Assembly (NCBI GenBank): GCA_049522175.1
Contig: JBEKOC010000001.1
Span: 137,752-201,751, forward strand
Length of the DNA: 64,000 nt
Source: Terracidiphilus sp.
Lineage (GTDB): Bacteria; Acidobacteriota; Terriglobia; Terriglobales; Acidobacteriaceae
Reading direction: 5' to 3'
The notes under the pieces: model-generated
What the model was told of the DNA's origin: nothing
Database searches by the model: none
The model's input: the letters and a program-made list of their open reading frames with translations, nothing else
Program-made: the position numbers and the translations under genes
Shown: piece after piece, positions 38,857 to 48,440 of the stretch
Layout of the letters: each line of letters opens with the position of its first letter
Numbering within the stretch: the stretch's first letter is position 1

Positions 38857-39363
38857 ATGATCGCTTCCAATCTGTACTTCAAACTGCGCACGTTCATAGA
38901 AATTGCCTTCCTTGCAGTCATCCTGCTCGCAGGGTTGGTTACCCGGGCTTCCGAACCCGTCAAAATAATCTCCAATCCTGCTTTGGCCCAGAGAAATGCG
39001 CCCAGGGTTAAGGTTGCTGCGGCAGGATGGGCCTTGCAAGGTCACGTCTACAACGCGCAGTTGCAACCCGTCGCGGGGTTCTCCGTTTTCTTCGTCGATT
39101 CCGGCGGAAGATACATTCCGCAATACGGCTTCGCCTACACTGACAATTCCGGCTACTTTCTGTTGAACTATGCTGGAGGAAATGGCAGCGCGCCAGCCGC
39201 TCAGAAGCTGTTCATCGAGGTAGTCAATACTTCCTCAACCCCGGTCTATCACAGCTCGACACCCTTTCAGCCCGTGTCTGGCGCGACGTCGTATCAATCC
39301 ATCACGCTGCCCAATACCGTGCTTACGCTGCCGAATACCACGCCGCTTAAAAAACCTCGATAG
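38857..39363 (+). CDS. Secreted hypothetical beta-sandwich protein (carboxypeptidase-regulatory-like)
   Basis: GAGG RBS; signal/TM segment; LQGHVYNAQLQPVAG...AYTDNSGYF. Confidence 0.6.
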   Translation: MIASNLYFKLRTFIEIAFLAVILLAGLVTRASEPVKIISNPALAQRNAPRVKVAAAGWALQGHVYNAQLQPVAGFSVFFVDSGGRYIPQYGFAYTDNSGYFLLNYAGGNGSAPAAQKLFIEVVNTSSTPVYHSSTPFQPVSGATSYQSITLPNTVLTLPNTTPLKKPR

Positions 39364-39375
39364 TTCCGCCGACCC

Positions 39376-41244
39376 ATGGACCTCTACGAGAAAATCCGCA
39401 CCCTGCCCACCCAGCCCGGCGTGTATCTCTACAAAAACGCCGAGGGCACGGTCATCTACGTGGGCAAGGCCAAGAACCTGAGAGCGCGGGTCCGCTCTTA
39501 TCTTCTGGAATCCTCCCAGGCCGACGCCAAGACCGGCTCGCTGATGCGCGAGGCCGTCGATCTGGACTACATTCTTGTCGGCAACGAGTCCGAGGCCCTG
39601 GCTCTCGAAACCAACCTCATCAAGCAACGCAAGCCGCGCTTCAACATTCTGCTTAAGGACGACAAGAGCTACCCCTACGTCAAGCTCACCATGGCTGACC
39701 GCTATCCCAAGGTCTTTGTCACCCGCCGTCTGCTGAAGGACGGCGCGGCCTACTTCGGCCCATACTTTCCCAGCAGCCTTGCTTCCCGCGTGGTGGAACT
39801 GATCCATCGCAGCTTTTTGATTCCCAGTTGCAAGGTCGATCTCTCCCGCTATCACCCGCGCGCCTGCCTGCAGTACTACATTCATCGCTGCCTGGGCCCA
39901 TGTGTCGAGGAACTGACTACGCCGGAGATCTACGCCAGCGCCGTGCGCGATGCGCGCCTGCTGCTGGATGGGCGTCACGCCGAGCTAGAGCGCGCACTCA
40001 CCGCGCGCATGACAGCCGCCGCTGAAGGCCAGCAGTTCGAGGCTGCCGCCAAGTTGCGCGATCAGCTCTCCACCATCCACCAGCTCCAGGAAAAGCAGCG
40101 CGCCGCCACCGCCGAGCAGGGCGACGACACCGACGTCTTTGGCTACCACTTGGAAGACGGCAGCCTGGCCGTCAACCTTTTCCACGTTCGCGCCGGCAAA
40201 ATCGTCGACCGCCGTGAGTTCTTCTGGGAAGATCTGCCGGAGCTGCTCGAAGCCGCGGGCGAAGATTCCGATGCTCACTTCCACGCAGGCTCGATCTTCA
40301 GCTCCCTGCTCAAGCAGCTTTACATTGATCAGCGCTATGTCCCCCGATCCATTCTCGTTCCGGCGGACTTCGATGACCGTGAAGCCCTCGCCGCCCTGCT
40401 CACCGAGCGCGCCGGCCATCGCATCGAAATAGCTGTCCCGCAGCGCGGAGAAAAACGTTCGCTCGTCGATTTGGCCGGCCAGAACGCCAAGCAATCCTAC
40501 ATCCAGCGCTTCCGTGTACTCGAGCCCTCGCGCAAGGCCATTCAGGAGGCCTTTGCCGAGGCGCTCATGCTCCCCGAGCTGCCCCGCCGCATCGAGTGCT
40601 TCGACATCTCCCACATTCAGGGCGCGGAGACTGTAGCCTCGCTGGTGGTTTGGGAAGACGGCAAGATGAACAAGCAGGCCTATCGCAAGTTCAAAATTAA
40701 AACCGTGGCCGGCGTGGACGACTTCGCCTCCATGCGTGAAGTGGTCCAGCGCCGCTACCGACGACTGCTCGAAGAAAAACAGCCCATGCCCTCACTGGTT
40801 CTTGTCGATGGCGGACTCGGCCAGCTTCATGCCGCAGCCGAGGCGCTGGAGTCTCTCGATTTCGCGGCGGCAGGCCTCGCCCTGCCGCCGCTGGCTTCCA
40901 TTGCCAAACGCGAAGAGGTCATCTACCTCTACGGCAACGAGCAGGAGCCGGTGGTTCTCGACCGCCATTCGCCGGTGCTGCATCTGGTTCAGCTCATCCG
41001 CGACGAGAGCCACCGTTTCGCCGTCGGCTACCATCGCCAGCGCCGCGCCATGCGCGACCGCGATTCCGAGTTGCTGAATATTCCCGGCGTCGGCCCGCAA
41101 ACCCGTCAGCGCCTGCTCACCCACTTCGGCAGCCTGCGCGAGGTGCAGCATGCTACCGCCGAAACGCTGGCCGCGGTAGTATCGAGCAAAACCGCCGAAA
41201 CAATCTGGCGGCATTTTCATCAAGGCCTGCCGGCAAGCTCTTGA
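39376..41244 (+). CDS. uvrC: Excinuclease ABC subunit C
   Basis: LPTQPGVYLY...YVGKAKNLRARVRSY (GIY-YIG); ECFDISH; VDGGLGQ; IRDESHRFA; HhH. Confidence 0.97.
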   Translation: MDLYEKIRTLPTQPGVYLYKNAEGTVIYVGKAKNLRARVRSYLLESSQADAKTGSLMREAVDLDYILVGNESEALALETNLIKQRKPRFNILLKDDKSYPYVKLTMADRYPKVFVTRRLLKDGAAYFGPYFPSSLASRVVELIHRSFLIPSCKVDLSRYHPRACLQYYIHRCLGPCVEELTTPEIYASAVRDARLLLDGRHAELERALTARMTAAAEGQQFEAAAKLRDQLSTIHQLQEKQRAATAEQGDDTDVFGYHLEDGSLAVNLFHVRAGKIVDRREFFWEDLPELLEAAGEDSDAHFHAGSIFSSLLKQLYIDQRYVPRSILVPADFDDREALAALLTERAGHRIEIAVPQRGEKRSLVDLAGQNAKQSYIQRFRVLEPSRKAIQEAFAEALMLPELPRRIECFDISHIQGAETVASLVVWEDGKMNKQAYRKFKIKTVAGVDDFASMREVVQRRYRRLLEEKQPMPSLVLVDGGLGQLHAAAEALESLDFAAAGLALPPLASIAKREEVIYLYGNEQEPVVLDRHSPVLHLVQLIRDESHRFAVGYHRQRRAMRDRDSELLNIPGVGPQTRQRLLTHFGSLREVQHATAETLAAVVSSKTAETIWRHFHQGLPASS

Positions 41245-41394
41245 GGGTTCCCTCTACGAGCCAGCACCTATGCCGCCCGCAACCCCCGCCCCTGTTGCTC
41301 AACCAGGCGCTTCATCAAACCTTTACGTGCAAAATTATGCAATTTGAAAGAAAATAGAGATAGACAAATCATTCGAGCACGACAAGAGGAACGC

Positions 41395-42132
41395 TTGACA
41401 CAAACGCAGATTGATATTCCCCGGTGGACCGCCCCGGAGTTTGAGCGGCTGGTTTTTGACAGCAAGCCCAAAGTTGCTGTTTTTGATTGCGATGGAACGC
41501 TGTGGGGCGGCGACGCCGGCTTTGGCTTCATGGACTGGTCGCTGAAAAAAGGCCTGGTTTCGCGCTCCACCTGCGACTGGGTTGATACCCGCTACCGCGC
41601 CTACCTGGCCGGCAACGTGAGCGAGCTGGATATGTGCGGCGAGATGGTGCAGATTTACGCCGGCCTGCGCGAGCAGGAGCTGCGCGACGCCGCCGCCCGC
41701 TACGTGCGCAAGTTCGTTCAGCCGCGCGTCTTCGCCGAGATGGCTGCGCTGGTGGCCGCGCTCAAACAGGCCGGCGTTGAAATCTGGGCCGTCAGCTCGA
41801 CCAACAAATGGGTGGTCACAGAGGGTGTGCGCGATCTCGGATTTGCGGAAGAGCGCATTTTGGCCGCCGAGGTGCGCGTCACCGAGGGCCTCATCACCAG
41901 TGAGCTAGTGGATGTACCCACCGACGAGGGCAAGGCCACAACGCTCAAGCGCGTGGGGCTCCCACGCCCTGATGCGGTCTTCGGCAACTCCATCCACGAC
42001 CTGGCCATGATGGAGATGGCGCGCAATGCCTTCCCGGTCAACCCATCTCCAGAACTGCTCGAAGCAGCGGCGAAGAACGGTTGGGGCTACTTTTTGCCTG
42101 AGGCTGCCGAGGGCGGCGAGGCCATCAACTAA
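41395..42132 (+). CDS. HAD-superfamily hydrolase (IB type)
   Basis: TTG start after AGAGGA; VFDCDGTLW; VSST; GNSIHDL. Confidence 0.85.
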   Translation: MTQTQIDIPRWTAPEFERLVFDSKPKVAVFDCDGTLWGGDAGFGFMDWSLKKGLVSRSTCDWVDTRYRAYLAGNVSELDMCGEMVQIYAGLREQELRDAAARYVRKFVQPRVFAEMAALVAALKQAGVEIWAVSSTNKWVVTEGVRDLGFAEERILAAEVRVTEGLITSELVDVPTDEGKATTLKRVGLPRPDAVFGNSIHDLAMMEMARNAFPVNPSPELLEAAAKNGWGYFLPEAAEGGEAIN

Positions 42133-42151
42133 GCCTTCAATCCGCGGGAAA

Positions 42152-43027
42152 TCAGTCGCGATCTTCCAGCCGCACTGTCACCTGCTTCACCAGGCGCTCC
42201 AGTTCGGCGCTGGTTCCCTCTTCCGGAATGGCCACATCATGGAGGCGCGCATCGGGGAAGCCCAGCCGCCGCTTCAGCGCCAGAATCTCCCGTATCTTGC
42301 CTTCCGGAATGAAGCTGAGCGGCTTGCCGGTCTGCTGGGCGAGCAGGTAGGTTTTGCAACAGGTTTCAAAGATCTCCACCAGCCACTCGGCGTGCATCAC
42401 CGTGTCTGCCCAGCAGACAATGCCGTGATTGGTAAGCAGAATGGTGTTGTGATCCATGACAAAGGGCAGCACCGTCTCGGCAAAGGCCTTGGTGCCGGGG
42501 GTCTCATACGGAGCCACCGCCGGCGGACCAATGAACAACTCGAATTCGGTAATCAGCCCGTTGGGCGGCGTGGCGCCGGTTACGGCAAAGGCTGTCGCAT
42601 AGGGCGGATGACAGTGCACCACGGCCCGGGCCCGCGGATTGGCCTTGTAAATCTCCAGGTGCAGCAACAGTTCGCTGGTCCGCGAGCGGTCTCCGGCCAG
42701 GATATTTCCGTCCAGATCGGAGAGGCATATGTCGGCCGGCTCCAGGTCGCCCTTGCTGAGCATGGTGGGCGTGCACAGCACGTAGCGCGAGCCCAGCCGG
42801 ACGCTGATGTTGCCGCCGTTGCCGTCTACATACTGCCGCTCCCATAGCTTGCGGCCGGCGCGGATAATCTCCTTACGGAATGCCTCGGCCTCCGGGGAAC
42901 TGGCGGCATCCAAGGGTAGATTTTCCTCAGTCTTCAGGGTCTCGTGCTTCGACGCAATGCCAGCCTGAGACGCGGCCCGCGCTGTTTCACTGCCCTTTTC
43001 TGCGACTGGCGCCGCTGTCTGCTGCAT
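42152..43027 (-). CDS. Class II aldolase/adducin family protein
   Basis: GGNISVR; TSELLLHLEIY; AVVHCHPPYAT; LLTNHGIV. Confidence 0.9.
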   Translation of the reverse strand: MQQTAAPVAEKGSETARAASQAGIASKHETLKTEENLPLDAASSPEAEAFRKEIIRAGRKLWERQYVDGNGGNISVRLGSRYVLCTPTMLSKGDLEPADICLSDLDGNILAGDRSRTSELLLHLEIYKANPRARAVVHCHPPYATAFAVTGATPPNGLITEFELFIGPPAVAPYETPGTKAFAETVLPFVMDHNTILLTNHGIVCWADTVMHAEWLVEIFETCCKTYLLAQQTGKPLSFIPEGKIREILALKRRLGFPDARLHDVAIPEEGTSAELERLVKQVTVRLEDRD

Positions 43028-43149
43028 GATTGACCTCACGCCGGGGATGGATGTCCGGGCTCCAGCATGCACCGGCATCTTTTTCAGATTATATAAAACG
43101 CCGCCGGTTATCTGCCCGGTGACTTCAGTCTCGAATTAGCGGGCCGGTG

Positions 43150-43425
43150 CTACTTCGCCTGCACGGTCTTGCGCGCCAGCCTACGCAGTAAATACCGGAC
43201 GAGAAGAAATGAGGCAATCGGCCATACAATGAGTGCGCCACAAGCCGAAAAGATGCCTTGCACGGCCGTGCCGAGGCCGCATTGGCCGTCAATCTGGTGT
43301 GGCGCGCAGTCTGGAAATTCCAATTCGAAGATGGGATGCAAGAGAAAGAAGGAACAAATTGCGACCAGAGCCCCTGCCCCGATTCCCTCCCCGATGTAAA
43401 GTTTCTTCGGTGTCCATTCGAACAT
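43150..43425 (-). CDS. Small two-TM membrane protein
   Basis: GGAG RBS; two hydrophobic segments flanking a DCAPHQIDGQC loop. Confidence 0.55.
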   Translation of the reverse strand: MFEWTPKKLYIGEGIGAGALVAICSFFLLHPIFELEFPDCAPHQIDGQCGLGTAVQGIFSACGALIVWPIASFLLVRYLLRRLARKTVQAK

Positions 43426-43431
43426 AAGGAT

Positions 43432-44766
43432 TCACTCCGCTCGCACCAGCCTGCGCTGCAAAGCCTCTAGCGTCTGCCCCTTGGTCTCCGGATAGATAAA
43501 CAGCACCACCAGAAACTGGATTACGGTCATCACGGCGAAGAAGGTGAAGGGAGCGCTGCGGCCGATCTGCGCCACCACCATCGGAAAAGCCAGTTGGATG
43601 GCGGTGTTCATGAACCAGTGGCTGGCGTTGCCCACGCCCTGCCCTTTGGAGCGGACGGCGTTGGGAAAGACCTCGCCGATGTAGACCCAGATCACCGCGC
43701 CCTGGGAGAGCGCGAAGAAGGCAATGTAGGTAATCAGCACCCAGACCAGCGCGCCAGGATGAGAGTTCGTCGCAAAGAGCCAGGAGACCGCCGCCAGGCA
43801 GCTTGCCGTTCCCGCCGCGCCGACCAGCAGCAGCGTCTTGCGCCCCAGCTTGTCGATCACGCTCATGCCCACGATGGTAAAAACCAGATTGGTGAAGCCG
43901 ATGGCGATGGCCTGCTGATCGCCGGAGATTTGGCTGAAGCCCGCCGAAGCGAAGATGCTGTTCAGGTAGTAAAGAATGGAGTTGATGCCCGCCAATTGGT
44001 TGAATGCGCCGATGCTGATGGCCAGAAACAATGGATAGCGGTACTTCCAGCGAAAGACCGGCTCGTGAGCGGTGGCGTGCTCCTCAGCCAGCGCGGCGCG
44101 GATGTCGGCGAGTTCCGTCTCGGGCTCCGGTTCGCCCATCAATTTGAGCACGGCAAGAGCTTCATCGTTGCGTCCCTTGGAGGCTGCCCAGCGCGGCGAG
44201 CGCGGAATGCCGAAGAGCAGCGCCAGGAAAAACAGGGCCGGCAGCGCGGCCACGCCCACCTGCCAGCGCCACTCCGCCGCACCCAGGTGCAGCGTGCGAA
44301 TGAAGTAGTTGGAGGTGTAGGCCACCAGGATGCCGAAAACCACGTTGAACTGAAACGCTCCCACCAACCTGCCGCGCCATTTGGCCGGGGCCAACTCGGC
44401 AATATAAACCGGTCCCAGCACCGAGGAAGCGCCGATGCCCAACCCGCCAACAAAGCGGAAGATCATCAGCACCGGCCAATTCCAGGCCAATCCGCTGCCG
44501 ATAGCCGAAACCACATAAAGGACCGCGGTGATGCGCAGCGTCTCGCGCCCGCCTATCTTCTGCCCCACCTGGCCCGCGCCCAGCGCTCCCACCACCGTGC
44601 CGATCAGCGCGATGGCCACCGTCCAGCCCTTGCCCTGCGGGCTCAGGTTGTAGAGCCGCACCAGCGCATCGATGGCCCCGGAGATTACCACTGTATCGAA
44701 GCCGAAGAGCAGCCCGCCCAAAGCGCCGGTCAGGGTTGCCTTCATGAGGTTGAGGTTGGGTCGCAT
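43432..44766 (-). CDS. Sugar porter family MFS transporter
   Basis: GGLLFGFDTVVISG; YIAELAP...RG; NQLAGINSILYY; DKLGRK; PETKG. Confidence 0.95.
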   Translation of the reverse strand: MRPNLNLMKATLTGALGGLLFGFDTVVISGAIDALVRLYNLSPQGKGWTVAIALIGTVVGALGAGQVGQKIGGRETLRITAVLYVVSAIGSGLAWNWPVLMIFRFVGGLGIGASSVLGPVYIAELAPAKWRGRLVGAFQFNVVFGILVAYTSNYFIRTLHLGAAEWRWQVGVAALPALFFLALLFGIPRSPRWAASKGRNDEALAVLKLMGEPEPETELADIRAALAEEHATAHEPVFRWKYRYPLFLAISIGAFNQLAGINSILYYLNSIFASAGFSQISGDQQAIAIGFTNLVFTIVGMSVIDKLGRKTLLLVGAAGTASCLAAVSWLFATNSHPGALVWVLITYIAFFALSQGAVIWVYIGEVFPNAVRSKGQGVGNASHWFMNTAIQLAFPMVVAQIGRSAPFTFFAVMTVIQFLVVLFIYPETKGQTLEALQRRLVRAE

Positions 44767-44870
44767 GGCGTGGCGCTCCTTGATTTCCAAACCATCCTAC
44801 AGACTGCCCCCTATGCGGGTAAACTCCGCCAGCAGTTGTCGTTATGAATTCGGTCGAGGAAGAGTGTTGA

Positions 44871-45075
44871 GGCATCCCACCCATTCCTTACAGAACGCGG
44901 AATAGATGGGGCACCCACATTGAGTTATATGTACCCTACCCGAGCCGCAATAGAACGAAACGCAGATCCTTCGACTCACCACCCCCAATCTCCACCCCAC
45001 GAACGAAGACCTGTTCGTGGGGACCCCGGAAAGGCTGAAGAGAACGCCTGGGGCCCCGTTCGCTCAGGATGACAG
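44871..45075. repeat. Cluster of REP-like palindromic elements
   Basis: Imperfect hairpin ending GATGGGGCACCC (44871-44916); element 44958-45075 with internal perfect 10-bp IR CCCCACGAAC/GTTCGTGGGG. Confidence 0.65.
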
Positions 45076-45095
45076 CGGCGAGGGTGGGGCACCCA

Positions 45096-45692
45096 TCAGC
45101 CTTCCGCGCGCGGCCCGGCCGGCGTCACCGCCAGTATCCGGCAGCGATGCTTGCCCGCCGCGCTCCAGGCCAGCGCCATCTCGCTCTCCATGCAGGCGCA
45201 ATCGCCGGCCTCCAGCACCTCCTGCATCCCGCCAGCATCCAGCTGCAACTTTCCTTCCAGCACGTACACCAGGGCGCTCCCTTCGCGGCAGGAATCCGCG
45301 ACACAAGAAACTCCGCCGGCGGGAAACTCCATCAGTCGCGCCACCAGCCGGGTCTTTTCCGTCATCGCGTTCAGCGGCGTCGTCTTCACCGACTCCAGTC
45401 CGCGGCTGTTGCCTGTCAGATGCGCCTTGCGCGTAATGGAGAGCGTGTGCCTGGCGGGCTCGGAGAAAAAGTAGCTCATGCCCACCCCGTAGACCCGGCT
45501 GATGGTGGCCAGCGTGGGCAGCGTGGGAACCATGCGGTCCGTCTCCAGCTTGGAGAGCAGCGCTGTGGAAAGACGTGTCTCGGCCGCCAGGCGCGAGAGC
45601 GTGAGCCGCTTCTGTGTGCGCAATGAGCGCAGCTTTGTCCCAATGCAATAGGGTTCAAGTGACCACTGCGCGTAGGAAACTGTGTTGGACAT
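45096..45692 (-). CDS. XRE-family HTH regulator with cupin domain
   Basis: IGTKLRSLRTQKRLTLSRLA...LSKLET; YVLEGKLQL...VLEAGDC. Confidence 0.88.
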   Translation of the reverse strand: MSNTVSYAQWSLEPYCIGTKLRSLRTQKRLTLSRLAAETRLSTALLSKLETDRMVPTLPTLATISRVYGVGMSYFFSEPARHTLSITRKAHLTGNSRGLESVKTTPLNAMTEKTRLVARLMEFPAGGVSCVADSCREGSALVYVLEGKLQLDAGGMQEVLEAGDCACMESEMALAWSAAGKHRCRILAVTPAGPRAEG

Positions 45693-46142
45693 GGCAAACT
45701 CCCTCCTGATAGTTTGCCAGCCGCCGGGCCTGCTTCTTCTGAAAAATAACTGAAGTTTTTCTGAAGTCTGTCCTTATCCTCGCCGCCGGAGCCACTTTCA
45801 CCTGGAAGCACATTCTGAACCGGAATTAGTAACGCGAAAACTCTCGTGCGCAGTGATAACTCTATGGTTACTTGTGAATCCGACTTGGGTTACTAAGTGC
45901 ACAAAAAATTCATAAAGAACTCTGGCACACTCTTCCTCATGCATATAGGAAACGTATAGTCTGGAGGTCACAGATATTCTGGGCTCATTGGAGCACAGAA
46001 GTTTGTGGAATGACTGTTTTCACTTTTCCTCCTCCGAACTTTCCCCCGTAGATTCCCGCGACCACTATGGCCGCTGCTTTCATCTTGCCCAGATAGACAA
46101 GAGAGTAGTAACCGTGTATCGCTCAAGAGATGAGGAAGCGAA

Positions 46143-48221
46143 GTGGCATCGACGAAAGAGCCTCAGTCAGCTTTGCGCAGTGCGCCGGACCCGGGGTCCC
46201 CGGCGACTAGTCTTGGTCGCCGACGAGGAGATATCGCTGCCACGGAGATGGGTCCTGTAAACAGGCACGGTGATCCAGAGTCCCCGGTGATTCGGGATCC
46301 CCAACGAGCGATTTTGGATCGTTGTGGTGAGGAGGCAGGCCTTCACCGCCGGAGTGAAGATACTGGCGTTCCGGGGGCAAGCCCTGGCCGCCGGCGTGGA
46401 GATACCAACTCCAAGACAGCTCTTGGCCGCCGGGGTCGAGCGTCAGCTTGTTCCTTTGCCGGCTTCCGGCTGGAGCCCGATGGCACGCTGTGGCGCGGCG
46501 ATGCAGTGGTTCACCTGCCTCCCAAAGAGCTGGCGGCGCTACGGCTGCTGCTGGCGCACGCCGGCCAGGTGGTCACGCCCGTGCAGTTGAAAAATGCTTT
46601 GTGGGGCGATGTAAATGTAACGGCCGACAGCGTTCCCAAGTGCATATCCAGCCTGCGCACCCGGCTTGCGCCGGAGGAGTGCATCCAGACCGTTTACAAG
46701 CGGGGCTACCGCTTCACGGCCGAGATCAGGCGCGACGGTGCAGCGCCGCCCGGGACGCATGTTCGGTTGGCTATCGTGCCCTTCGCCACCGGGCATTCGG
46801 TTCCGGAACATCTCGGATCAGCCATGGCAGAAGAGACCACCGCCAGCCTCTCCCGCGCATGCGGCTGTGCCGTTGCGCTGCTGGCCAGGGATTCGGTCTT
46901 CAACCTGGCGCAGCGCGGGCTCACCGCTGTGCAGATTGGCCAGGAACTGAAGGCCGACCTGGTGCTGATTGGAACCCTGCAAGCCTTCTTCTCGCATTAC
47001 CGGCTGCGGGCAGAGATGATCCGCGTGGAGGACGGCACGCAAATCTGGGTTGAAGATCTGCTCGCCCCGCAGAGCCGGACAAGCGTGCTGGAGCAGGAGC
47101 TGATGCGGCGGCTCGCCTATCGTCTGGGTATTGAGGTCACCGGCGATGCGGCAATCTTGCCAAACGGGAATACCTGTATCGATCTCTCCGCCGCCAGCGC
47201 GGCCCATGAGACCGAGGACGAAAGCGGCCCTCGGCAAGTGGAGGCCTACGAGATATTCCTGAGCGGGCATCATGAGTGGCAAACTCTTCATCGCCACCGC
47301 ATGCAGGACGGAATGCAGCGCCTGTTGCGGGCCATCGAACTGGATCCCACGCTGATCTCCGCCAAGGTCGATCTCGCGCGCCTGTGTGTTGCACAGGGTT
47401 TCTACGGCTTCATGTCTCCCAGCGCGGCAGCGGAGCTTGTGCACCGCATGGCGGAATCGATCCCCGATCTTCCCCATCGGGCCGAAGCCCTGCTGCCCGT
47501 GCTGGGCTGGATCAACTTCCACTTCGACCGCAACCTGCCCGCGGCCCTGCTGGCTTTCTCTTTCAGCGCTCATCTGCCCCACGACCCCTCGACCACGCGC
47601 GCGCGCGCCATGTTCGCCCTCAGCCGCCATCGCTTTGCAGAAGCCATTGAGCTACTGCGCGAGGCCATTCGTATCGATCCCTTTTCACCCAGGCTGCAGA
47701 ACCGCCTGGCCTGGGCCCTCCACCTGGATGGGCAGGCCTCCGAAAGCCTGGAGTTGATCTGCCAGACGCTCGCTCTGTTTCCCAACCTTGATGAAACCTG
47801 TCTCTACGGATCAACGATTCTTGCCTTCCACGGGGAGGCGGAACAGGCGGCTGAGATTGCGCAAGCTTTTACGCAGCGCTCGCCCCACTTCGATCTTGCC
47901 GCCGCCGTGCATGCGTATGCGCTGGCCTGCGCTGGCCGCGCGGACGAGGCCCGTACCGTCCTCGAGCGGCTGCAATGGCTGGGCCGGGAACGCTACATGG
48001 TGCGCGGGTTAATGCCCGCGGCCTATCTCGCCCTGGGAGACCAACAGGCCGCCCTGGGCGAACTGCGCGCCATGGACGAGGTCCGCTGCCCATGGTTCTT
48101 CCAGATGCTGGCCGATCCGCGCCTCAAGCCCCTGCACGGCAATCCGGAGTTCGAGCAGTTGCGCGCCATCCTCCCCGCCATGGAGGCCGAGGTGGAGCAG
48201 GATTTGCAACTGGAAGACTGA
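46143..48221 (+). CDS. Winged-helix (OmpR-type) / TolB-like / TPR transcriptional regulator
   Basis: FAGFRLEP...LPPKELAALRLLL...IQTVYKRGYRF; LAIVPF; TPR helices; PWFFQMLADPRL end; start uncertain. Confidence 0.85.
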   Translation: MASTKEPQSALRSAPDPGSPATSLGRRRGDIAATEMGPVNRHGDPESPVIRDPQRAILDRCGEEAGLHRRSEDTGVPGASPGRRRGDTNSKTALGRRGRASACSFAGFRLEPDGTLWRGDAVVHLPPKELAALRLLLAHAGQVVTPVQLKNALWGDVNVTADSVPKCISSLRTRLAPEECIQTVYKRGYRFTAEIRRDGAAPPGTHVRLAIVPFATGHSVPEHLGSAMAEETTASLSRACGCAVALLARDSVFNLAQRGLTAVQIGQELKADLVLIGTLQAFFSHYRLRAEMIRVEDGTQIWVEDLLAPQSRTSVLEQELMRRLAYRLGIEVTGDAAILPNGNTCIDLSAASAAHETEDESGPRQVEAYEIFLSGHHEWQTLHRHRMQDGMQRLLRAIELDPTLISAKVDLARLCVAQGFYGFMSPSAAAELVHRMAESIPDLPHRAEALLPVLGWINFHFDRNLPAALLAFSFSAHLPHDPSTTRARAMFALSRHRFAEAIELLREAIRIDPFSPRLQNRLAWALHLDGQASESLELICQTLALFPNLDETCLYGSTILAFHGEAEQAAEIAQAFTQRSPHFDLAAAVHAYALACAGRADEARTVLERLQWLGRERYMVRGLMPAAYLALGDQQAALGELRAMDEVRCPWFFQMLADPRLKPLHGNPEFEQLRAILPAMEAEVEQDLQLED

Positions 48222-48440
48222 ATCAAAGCCAAGTCTCGGGCCGGATCAGCCAAAACCGCCTCTCTCCGCCGCTCCCCGGGTGACTCACATCACATCCCCA
48301 ATCGCGTATGCTAGATGAACCTATCAACAGGCGATGGGTTCGCCTGTGCCTTGGCGCGCAATTAGTTTTAATCTCCGGTTTTCAACCGTTTGCGGAGGCG
48401 AATTGCCGATAACCATGGCAGAATCGGAGATTTTACTTTT

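Noticed and set aside
48406-48413. Exact GCCGATAA sigma28 -10 box upstream of nfnA
   Set aside because: There is no TAAA/TCAA at the 15-bp spacing (CCGT is found there instead)
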